From Candidatus Saccharimonadota bacterium (GTDB lineage Bacteria; Pseudomonadota; Gammaproteobacteria; Enterobacterales; Enterobacteriaceae): DNA of 32,000 nt. Under the pieces are notes generated by a model. The model searched no databases, was not told where the DNA came from, and saw nothing but the letters and a program-made list of their open reading frames with translations. The DNA is taken from assembly GCA_000217635.1 (NCBI GenBank), contig CP001817.1, positions 210,001-242,000 on the forward strand, in the 5' to 3' direction. Shown here piece after piece: positions 9,936 to 18,646 of this stretch (the stretch's first letter is position 1; each line of letters starts with the position of its first letter). The translations under genes were made by a program, and so were the position numbers.

Positions 9936-10948
9936 TAGTTATTCTTTATAGTAAAGTGTGATAGTTGATGTATAAAGTTATATATTTTACCACTATTAAT
10001 AAATTGAATGATTTTAGACGTATTAGAGATTAAGTCATGTGAATAATTTGTTATTTTTAATAATAATGCTACATTAGCGGCAATTGTATCAACATAATAT
10101 TTTTTACCTAATCCTTTAAATAAATTGATTGTTTCTCTGTAATTTTCTTTTTTTTGTTTTGTAGAATATATAATTCTTTTTTGTTTTTTAAACCAAAAAT
10201 CTTTTGGAGTTAAATTATACTGTTTAATTGTATTATTTTTTACTTCAGCAATTTGAATTTTATCACATAATATTATTTCATCAGCACCTTCGCTATGAAC
10301 AACTATAGCATTATTATATTTTAATTTTTTTAATATTTTAGCAAAGTATAATAATAGTTCTGGTGAATGTACACCGATTATACCATAAGATGGATTAGAA
10401 GGATTAAGTAAAGGACCTAGTATATTAAAAATTGTTTTAGTATTTAAAATTTTACGAACTTTTTCTACTTTTTTAAATATATATAAATATTGATTAGCAG
10501 ATAAAAAACAAATATTAAAAACGTCTAATAATTTTTTAGATCTCTCAGGTGATATAAAAACATTAATATTTAAATGATTTAATAAATCTACAGATCCTAC
10601 AGCACTAGACGAGCTAACATTACAGACTTTTATAATTTTTATCCCATAACAGGCGGCTACAATAGAACTAACAGTTGAAATATTAAAACTGTTTTTTTGA
10701 TCTCCCCCCGTACCTACAATATCAGCATAAATATAATTTAATTTTGGAAATTTTGGGATATATTGCAAGCAAGCATTTCTAGCTCCTATTACTTCCTCAA
10801 TTGTTTCTTTACGTGCCGCCATTATTGCTAGTATAGCGGATAATTGAATATTATTAATTTTTTTATTCATTATGTGATCAAATAAAAAAAACATTCTTCT
10901 TTTTTTTAAAAATTGATTATTATAAATTTTTGTTAAAATTTTTTTCAT
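9935..10948 (-). CDS. trpD: Anthranilate phosphoribosyltransferase (no fused glutamine amidotransferase domain)
   Basis: 337-aa ORF with DIVGTGGDQKNSFNIST and FNILGPLLNP blocks. It is the first gene of the trpDCBA cluster. Confidence 0.9.
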   Translation of the reverse strand: MKKILTKIYNNQFLKKRRMFFLFDHIMNKKINNIQLSAILAIMAARKETIEEVIGARNACLQYIPKFPKLNYIYADIVGTGGDQKNSFNISTVSSIVAACYGIKIIKVCNVSSSSAVGSVDLLNHLNINVFISPERSKKLLDVFNICFLSANQYLYIFKKVEKVRKILNTKTIFNILGPLLNPSNPSYGIIGVHSPELLLYFAKILKKLKYNNAIVVHSEGADEIILCDKIQIAEVKNNTIKQYNLTPKDFWFKKQKRIIYSTKQKKENYRETINLFKGLGKKYYVDTIAANVALLLKITNYSHDLISNTSKIIQFINSGKIYNFIHQLSHFTIKNN

Positions 10949-11168
10949 ATTTATTTATATTTATTTAATGATATAGTGTTGAGAAAATGTTTTATATATA
11001 TTTAAATATTAAGGGTATTTGATTTTATTTCTATATATTTGAATAATATTAATATTAAATTATTAATAATGTTTAAATTTATTTAATATATATATACAAT
11101 ATTATATATTTTATATTTAAGAAGGGCAGATATTTTTTATGTTTTTAAAGATATAATTTTTTAAAAAA

Positions 11169-11174
11169 AAGGAA
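11169..11174 (+). promoter_or_regulatory. Shine-Dalgarno-like AAGGAA 5 nt upstream of the ATG at 11180
   Basis: A purine-rich AAGGAA is rare in this AT background. It precedes the ATG that opens a hydrophobic MNNFIIFLLFF peptide, and supports 11180 as the true start of the transporter gene. Confidence 0.45.
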
Positions 11175-11223
11175 TATATATGAACAATTTTATTATTTTT
11201 TTATTATTTTTTTAGTTTCAATT

Positions 11224-12108
11224 ATGTGGGGAACTACGTGGATTGCTATGAAGATAGTAATTACTACCATTCCTCCGATTTTTGCAACAGGACTACGTTT
11301 CTTAATAATAGCACCGTTATCCATGGTAACTGCTTGGTTTTCTGATACTCCTCTATTATTTCCTGTTGGACAGCGTATTATGCAAATTTATATATCTATT
11401 TTTTATTTCTCAATTCCATTTACATTAATGTTATATGGTGGGCGGTATGTTAATGTACCAACAGCATCATTAATTTTTTCAGGTATGCCAATTATTAGTT
11501 TATTAATATCCTATATCATATTTAATGAATTAATCAATTCATATCAATTCATTGGGATGTCTATATATTTTATATCGCTAATATTTTTTTTACTACTGCA
11601 GTGGAAGAGCTCTCATATACATCAAGAATTAGGTGTTTTATTATTATTTATATCTTTAATATGTCAATCGATTATTTTTATTTATTTTAAAAAAAAATTT
11701 AATCATATCTCTGTTTTATCTTTTAATAGTATTCCTTCTTTAATTTCTGGTATATTATTGATTATTTTTGGGTGGAATATAGAACATCCTGTATTAAATA
11801 ATTTTTCTATGCAATCAATGTGTGCAATTTGTTATTTAAGTGTTTTTGTTGGATTTTTAGGTACTATATCTTATTTGTTTTTACAAAAAAAAATTGATTC
11901 TTGTTATGCATCTATAGTATTTATAATTTTCCCGATCGTTTCTCTTTTTTTAGATAGATATATGTATATGACAAAAGTTTCAAATTTTGAATATTTCTTT
12001 ATTATGTTTTTATTATTTAGCGTAATAATAACATTATTTACATCAAAAAAAAATATTTGTCTTATAAAAAAAATAACGAAACAACGTTTTAATAGAAAGG
12101 TAGCGTAA
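11224..12108 (+). CDS. EamA/DMT-family transporter (YedA-like); the true start is probably 11180, with a T-run frameshift
   Basis: 294-aa ORF with about 10 hydrophobic helices, opening MWGTTWIAMK, which corresponds to IIWGSTY about 18 residues into E. coli YedA. An upstream ATG at 11180 with an SD sequence is in another frame. Confidence 0.8.
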   Translation: MWGTTWIAMKIVITTIPPIFATGLRFLIIAPLSMVTAWFSDTPLLFPVGQRIMQIYISIFYFSIPFTLMLYGGRYVNVPTASLIFSGMPIISLLISYIIFNELINSYQFIGMSIYFISLIFFLLLQWKSSHIHQELGVLLLFISLICQSIIFIYFKKKFNHISVLSFNSIPSLISGILLIIFGWNIEHPVLNNFSMQSMCAICYLSVFVGFLGTISYLFLQKKIDSCYASIVFIIFPIVSLFLDRYMYMTKVSNFEYFFIMFLLFSVIITLFTSKKNICLIKKITKQRFNRKVA

Positions 12109-12842
12109 TGTCAGAAAAAATTCAAAAGATATTATCTAATTTAGGTTATGGTTCACGTCGTTATATTGAAAAGCAAATTTTTTTAGGTTTAATTTATGTT
12201 AATTCTGTACTAGTTTCTATTGGTGATCGTTTTGAATATTATAATATTCAAACAATTACGATTAAAAAAAATTATCATATAAAATTTGATCCTAAACGAG
12301 TATTGTTATATAACAAACCTATTGGAGAAATATGTACTCGTAAAGATGAAAAATGTAGAAATACTGTTTTTAAAAATTTACCTAAATTACATCATTCTCG
12401 CTGGATTAATATTGGTCGATTAGATTATAAAACTTCTGGATTATTATTATTTACAAATTTTGGTGAATTAGCTTATAGACTTATGCATCCTTGCTATATA
12501 ATTATCAGAGAATATTTAGTCAATGTATCGGGTATTTTTACGAAAAAAAAAATGGATATTTTAAAAAAAGGTGTAATTCTTGATCACTCATTATCAAAAT
12601 TTCATTCAATAAAATATATCTCTGGAACTTGCAATAATAAATGGTTTACGGTATCTCTTTTTCAAGGTAAAAATAAAGAAGTGCGTCGTTTATGGAAATA
12701 CGTTGAAATACATGTAAATTCATTAACTCGAATACGTTATGGAAATATATTTCTTCCAAAATCTTTAAAAGTGAGAAAATATATTGAATTAAATTCAATA
12801 CTTATTAAAAAAATTTTTAAACTTGTATCATTAAAATATTAA
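12108..12842 (+). CDS. rluB: 23S rRNA pseudouridine synthase, RsuA/RluB family
   Basis: 244-aa ORF with an S4-like N-terminus (KILSNLGYGSRR) and the catalytic block GRLDYKTSGLLLFTN. Its start overlaps the upstream stop as TAATG. Confidence 0.8.
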   Translation: MSEKIQKILSNLGYGSRRYIEKQIFLGLIYVNSVLVSIGDRFEYYNIQTITIKKNYHIKFDPKRVLLYNKPIGEICTRKDEKCRNTVFKNLPKLHHSRWINIGRLDYKTSGLLLFTNFGELAYRLMHPCYIIIREYLVNVSGIFTKKKMDILKKGVILDHSLSKFHSIKYISGTCNNKWFTVSLFQGKNKEVRRLWKYVEIHVNSLTRIRYGNIFLPKSLKVRKYIELNSILIKKIFKLVSLKY

Positions 12843-13090
12843 TTTTTATATTTTTTATATTCAAAATTATATATAATTTTAAAAAAATAGATCAAATACT
12901 ATATATAAATATTTATATCTATTTAATATATATTGATTTTGAATATAAAATTTATTTAATTGCAAGTTTATATTTAAATTTTCTGTGTAAATCTAGATTA
13001 TATATCTATAAAAATAGATATCGATGTTAATGGATTAAGATACTACATATATAATTTTATTTTTAAATTTTATTTAAGTTAATTAAATTT

Positions 13091-13880
13091 TTAAAAAATA
13101 TATTTTTTTAAAACAAATTTTAAAGTTTTTGCGTGTCCTATTAATACATTTTTATTTTGAATATAATTACAACCTCCAAAAAGATCAGTTATTAATGCTC
13201 CTGATTCACGTGCCTGTAATTCCCCAAAAATATTATGATTATATTGATATGTCAGGTTAATATATAAATCTATTTTTCCTGCAGCTAGATATGCTAAATC
13301 TAAACCAGAACACCCAAAATTTCTAATTTGTATATTTTCTTTTAATAATATTTTAGTTATTAACATACATAAATTAATCTTTTTTACATGAATATAGTTA
13401 AAGTAGATTACAAAAATTTTTTTAGCAATATTATTGTATGTTTTACAGCGTATTCTGCGGCCATTTAACTGAGTACCTTTTCCTTTAATAGAAGTAAACA
13501 AATCGTTTTTTATTGGATCATAAATAACTGAGAAATTTATTTCTTGATTATTTATAATACAAATAGATAGACAAAAATAAGGGATCTTATGAATAAAATT
13601 TGTTTTTCCATCTAAGGTATGAATAAACCATTTTGTGTTATTATTTTTGTATATATTTTGAATATTATCAAGATTAAAAAATTGTATGATTTGGATATAC
13701 ATTATGTATAATATTATACATAACATTAAATATTTTTTTACATATAATTTTAATAGATTTATAATTACTCTCTATATCAATATTATTATCTTGATTATAA
13801 CTAATTCTATCATAATGTTGCGCGATAAGATCTCCACCTTTTCGAATAGCACGAATAGCAATATTTAATAATGGATTCAT
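13091..13880 (-). pseudogene. suhB: SuhB (inositol monophosphatase family / rrn antitermination factor), frameshifted in a T6 run, with catalytic residues substituted
   Basis: ORF 13674-13880 (MNPLLNIAIRAIRKGG...YPNHTIF) and ORF 13091-13726 (NLDNIQ...WFIHTLDGKTNF...GCSGLDLAYLAAGKID) together cover E. coli SuhB. Removing one base from 13676-13681 joins them into 262 aa. Confidence 0.85.
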
Positions 13881-14066
13881 TAAAACCTCTTTCTAAATAT
13901 AGTAGAAAATATTATACCAAATTGATGTTATTTTGTATTAAAAATAATTGAATGAATTATGTATTTAAAAATTATTATTTTAAATATTTTATAAATTTTA
14001 AAAATAAATAATTTATTGAAAATTTTAAATATTTAATTTAATTAATTAAATTTTCTAGACTATTCA

Positions 14067-14071
14067 AAGGA
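14067..14071 (+). promoter_or_regulatory. Shine-Dalgarno-like AAGGA upstream of rlmN
   Basis: AAGGAAAG lies 6 nt before the ATG at 14078. Confidence 0.45.
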
Positions 14072-14077
14072 AAGTGA

Positions 14078-15169
14078 ATGATATATAATACCAATTTAAA
14101 AAATAAAAAAATAAATTTATTAAATTTTAATTTAATACAGATGAAAGAATTTTTTTTATCATTAGGTGAAAAGAAATTTCGTGCCCTTCAATTGATGGAT
14201 TGGATTTATAAAAAATATTGTTGCAATTTTAATTTTATGGATAATTTTAGTGATATTTTAAAAAAAAAATTAAATGAAATTGCGATTATTAAACCTCCGC
14301 AATATATTTCAAAAAAAATATCCATGGATGGAACAATAAAATGGAATTTTTTTGTAGATTCTGGATATGTTGAAACTATATATATTCCAGAAAAAAATAG
14401 ATCGACATTATGTATATCATCACAAATCGGTTGTGTATTAAAATGTAATTTTTGTGCAACAGGTAATTTAGGTTTTACTCGAAATTTACTGGTTTCTGAA
14501 ATTATCGGTCAAATTTGGTATATAATGAATATTATATATCATAAATCTTATATTAATTTTTCTTTATCTAAAATTACCAATATAGTTATGATGGGCATGG
14601 GAGAACCATTACTAAATTTAAAAAATGTTATTCCGGCATTACACATAATATTAAGTAAATACGGATTTAGTTTTTCTAAACATAAGGTTACATTATCTAC
14701 CGCAGGTATTGTTCCTGCAATAAAAAAAATATGTGGAAAAATTGACGTATCTTTAGCTATTTCTTTACATGCTTCTAATGACTTACTACGTAATACTTTG
14801 ATGCCTATTAATAAAAAATTTAATATTAGTTCATTATTAACAGTTGTTAAAGAATATTTAAATTTTTCTAAAGCAAATCGTAGTATGGTGACTATTGAAT
14901 ACGTAATGTTAAAAAATATTAATGATTCAATAACAAATGCATTTGAGTTAGTTTTATTATTAAAAAATATATCTTGTAAAATTAATCTTATTCCCTGGAA
15001 TCCTATAAAAGATTCAACATATCAATGTAGTACAGTTGAAACTATTTTAAAATTTTCTGAATATTTAGTAAAACGAGGTTTGATTGTAAAAATTCGAAAA
15101 AATAGAGGATCTGATATTTATGCAGCATGCGGACAATTATCTGGATTAAAGAATATAAAAAATAACTAA
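14078..15169 (+). CDS. rlmN: Radical-SAM 23S rRNA/tRNA A-C2 methyltransferase RlmN
   Basis: 363-aa ORF with the CVLKCNFCATG radical-SAM cluster motif, MGMGEPLLN, and C-terminal AACGQL. Confidence 0.92.
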   Translation: MIYNTNLKNKKINLLNFNLIQMKEFFLSLGEKKFRALQLMDWIYKKYCCNFNFMDNFSDILKKKLNEIAIIKPPQYISKKISMDGTIKWNFFVDSGYVETIYIPEKNRSTLCISSQIGCVLKCNFCATGNLGFTRNLLVSEIIGQIWYIMNIIYHKSYINFSLSKITNIVMMGMGEPLLNLKNVIPALHIILSKYGFSFSKHKVTLSTAGIVPAIKKICGKIDVSLAISLHASNDLLRNTLMPINKKFNISSLLTVVKEYLNFSKANRSMVTIEYVMLKNINDSITNAFELVLLLKNISCKINLIPWNPIKDSTYQCSTVETILKFSEYLVKRGLIVKIRKNRGSDIYAACGQLSGLKNIKNN

Positions 15170-15299
15170 AAAATTTTTTGTCTATAGTTTTTATACATAC
15201 TATTATTCATTAAATTTTAAATATATATAGAATTTAAAAATTATTTAATTATTTAAAATTATTTTTATTTATAATATATATTTTTATAGAAAGGTTAAT

Positions 15300-16600
15300 A
15301 TGAAAAAAAAATATCAATCTATTCGAGGTATGCATGATTTTCTCCCTGAAGATACAATATACTTGCAAATAATAGAAAAAAAATAATAAAAATTTTAAAA
15401 AGTTATACATTTCAAGAAATTCGATTTCCTATTATAGAAAATTCTGAAATTTTTAAAAAAAGTATTGGTTATGACACTGATGTAATGTCTAAAGAAATGT
15501 ATAGCTTTTATGATCGTAATAAAAAAAAAATTTCTTTACGACCAGAAGGGACGGTTAGTTGTATTCGAGCATGTATACAGCATCATATTTTTAATAAATC
15601 ATTATTTCAAAAATTATGGTATTATGGTCCAATGTTTCGTTATGAACGTCCACAAAAAGGACGGTTTCGACAATTTTATCAATTAGGAATAGAAATATTT
15701 GGAACGTCTAATCCGATTTCAGATTTCGATATTATTTTATTAACAATTAAAATTTGGAATAGTTTAGGGATATTAAAAGATTTAACTTTAGAAATTAATT
15801 CTATTGGTTCAATTGCGGTTCGAAATAGTTATTCTATTGATTTACAAAAATTTTGTAAAAAATATTTAAATAAGTACCATTTAGATGGTATTAATGAATC
15901 AATTATAAAAAATCCAATTCGTTTATTAGATAGCAAAGATCCAAATATTAAATTAATGATGCTACATGCCCCGAAATTAAAAAATTATTTAGAAATATCT
16001 TCTATATTAAGATTTAAAAAATTACGTAGTTACTTAGATCAAAAAAATATTAGTTATATTATTAATGATAGATTAGTTCGTGGATTAGATTATTATAATG
16101 ATACAGTATTTGAATGGAAATCCCCTAAACTAGGAACGCAAAATACAATTTGTGCAGGCGGTCGTTATGATTTATTAGTTAAAAATTTAGGGGGTCCAAA
16201 TAATTCTGCTATAGGTTGCGCAATAGGTATTGACAGGTTATTTTTATTAAAAAATACATTTCAAAAAAAATTAGAAAATTATAAGGATTATACGGATATA
16301 CATATTATTTTTGTAGATAAATTATATGCTATATTTGCTTTGGATATAGCTGAAAGATTAAATTTTATTTGGCCACAATTAAAAATTTATACTAACATAA
16401 CTCAATTTAATTTATCTAATCAAATAAAATATGCAATTCAAAATCATACAAAATTTTTATTAATTTTAGATTCATATTTTTTAGGTTTAAATAAAATGAT
16501 CGTGAAAAATATTTCTAAAAAAAACAATATCAAAAATATTTTTATAGAATTTTTCAAAATCCTTGTATTTTTTATAATTTTATATAATTATTTTTATTAA
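15300..16600 (+). pseudogene. hisS: Histidine--tRNA ligase, frameshifted in an A8 run near the 5' end (essential gene; slippage rescue or sequencing error is likely)
   Basis: The ATG at 15300 (AAGG SD upstream) encodes MKKKYQSIRGMHDFLPEDTIYLQIIEKK, then stops at 15384. The next frame continues IIKILKSYTFQEIRFPIIE... into the 371-aa ORF (LRPEGT, YYGPMFRYERPQKGRFRQFYQLG, AGGRYD). One extra A gives 433 aa collinear with E. coli HisRS. Confidence 0.9.
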
Positions 16601-16659
16601 TTATTTATCGTTTTATAAGTAATAAAAAACTACTATAAACATATAGAAAGAGAAAATTT

Positions 16660-17909
16660 ATGAAGAACCTTGATAATAACTTATACAATGATAAAATTTT
16701 TAAATTGATTAAACAAGAAAATTTGCGTCAAGAAAATTCCATTAACTTAATAGCTTCAGAAAATTATGCAAATTCTATGGTTATGCAAGCACAAGGATCA
16801 TGTTTAACAAATAAATATGCTGAAGGATATATTGGAAATCGTTTTTATAGTGGTTGTCATATTATTGATAAAATTGAAAAAATTGCTATTAATCGAGCAA
16901 AAAAATTATTTCAAGTTGATTATGTAAACGTTCAACCTCATTCCGGGTCTCAAGCAAATTTTTCAATCTTTCAGGCCTTATTAAAGCCTAATGATATTAT
17001 TTTAGGAATGAATTTAATGCACGGAGGACATTTAACGCACGGATCTTCTGTAAATTTTTCAGGTAAAATGTATCGTGCATATAGTTATGGGGTTGATAAT
17101 AAAGGGCAATTAGATTATTCTAATTTAGAATATTTATCTAAAAAATATCGCCCTAAATTGATTATTGGGGGGTTTTCAGCTTATTCAGGGTTATGCGATT
17201 GGAAACGTATGCGTGATATTGCAGATTATATCGGTGCATATTTTGTTGTAGATATTTCACATATAGCCGGTTTAATCGTGACTGGGTTATATCCTAATCC
17301 ATTTGATTATGCACATGTAGTTAGTACGACTACACATAAAACTTTAGGTGGTCCACGTGGAGGTTTAATTTTATCACGACATGGCAATATCGAAATGTAT
17401 AAAAAATTAGATTCTTCCGTATTTCCTGGTAGTCAAGGAGGACCTTTAATGCATGTAATTGCTGCTAAAGCTATTGCTTTTAAAAATGCATTAAATCCAA
17501 ATTTTTTATTATTACAAGAAAAAATTTTAGAATATTCACAAATTATGGTAAAAGTTTTTATTGATAGAAATTTTTTAGTAGTATCCGGGAATACATATAA
17601 CCATTTATTTTTATTAGATTTATCAAATAAAAATATAACAGGTAAAGAAGCGAGTGAACTTTTGTCTTCTGTTAATATTATTGTCAATAAAAATACTATT
17701 CCTTATGATACTAAAAGTCCTTTTATTACATCCGGAATTCGTATAGGTACACCTTGTTTGGCATATCGAGGATTCAAAAAAATAATATTATTAGTATATC
17801 TTATTGGATATGTGATATTTTAGATGCTCCTAATAATTTAGATATGCGAAATGTTATTAAAGAAAAAGTTTTAAAAATGTGTTCTCAGTATCCTATTTAT
17901 AAAAATTAA
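16660..17909 (+). pseudogene. glyA: Serine hydroxymethyltransferase, C-terminal frameshift in an A7 run
   Basis: The 387-aa ORF has the PLP-lysine block [13 protein letters not shown]. After RGFKK the annotated frame gives a non-homologous tail. The other frame gives [19 protein letters not shown]...CSQYPIYKN with a stop at 17907-17909, matching the E. coli C-terminus [10 protein letters not shown]...ARYPVYA. Confidence 0.92.
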
Positions 17910-18646
17910 AAAACTTTTTAATTGATAAGAAAATAAGTAATAAAAAAGAATTATATAATATATAAATAATAAAAAAACTTACATAAAATATAAATTTATT
18001 AAATATTTTTTATGTATAAATAATATCTAAATTCTCAAAGAATTTTTAAAAAATATTTAATTATTCTTATACTATATTTTTTCTGTTATATAAAAATATT
18101 ATACTAATTTTTTTTTATTATTTAATAATTTTAATATTAATTTTTAATTAATTCAATAAGTAGACATATAACAATATATTTTCTAAAAAAAATAATTATA
18201 TTTTTAAAATATGTATGAAATGTTATTTATTTAAAATAATAAGATATTAATTTAATGTAATATTGTATTCCTGTCTGCATAAGACATATTATTTTTAATA
18301 ACATTAATATATATTATTTAAGTATAAAGAAGATTTTTTTATCTTATAAAAAATACATTTATTTTTAATTTTATTATATAAATTAAATTTTATTTTATAA
18401 TATCCAGTATATTTTAAATAAATACATTTATTAAAAATTTTTGTAAATATAAAAGATATAATATACTAATTTAATTTTTAAACTCTATAAATAAACTAAA
18501 AATATTTATTAAAATAGATACTATTAATATAGTATAAAATTTATTGTTATATAGTTCATTAGTTTTATTCAGATAATTAAGTTTTAAAATTTATCTGTTG
18601 TTTTTGAAATATATATCATTGTATAAAATAAATAACTACAATTAAA

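Noticed and set aside
10949-11179. Promoter -10/-35 calls in the divergent trpD / transporter spacer and other spacers
   Set aside because: TATAAT-like and TTGACA-like hexamers occur almost everywhere at this composition, so they carry no discriminating power without transcript data.
13002-13021. Hairpin atatctat-aaaa-atagatat between convergent rluB and suhB
   Set aside because: It is an 8-bp, almost AT-only stem. Palindromes of this size are expected by chance in sequence this AT-rich, so it is not reported as a terminator.
13091-13880. Treating ORFs 13674-13880 and 13091-13726 as two separate genes
   Set aside because: They are consecutive, collinear parts of a single SuhB homolog joined by a 1-nt shift in a homopolymer. 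The first 20 or so residues of the longer ORF are out-of-frame read-through of the other piece.
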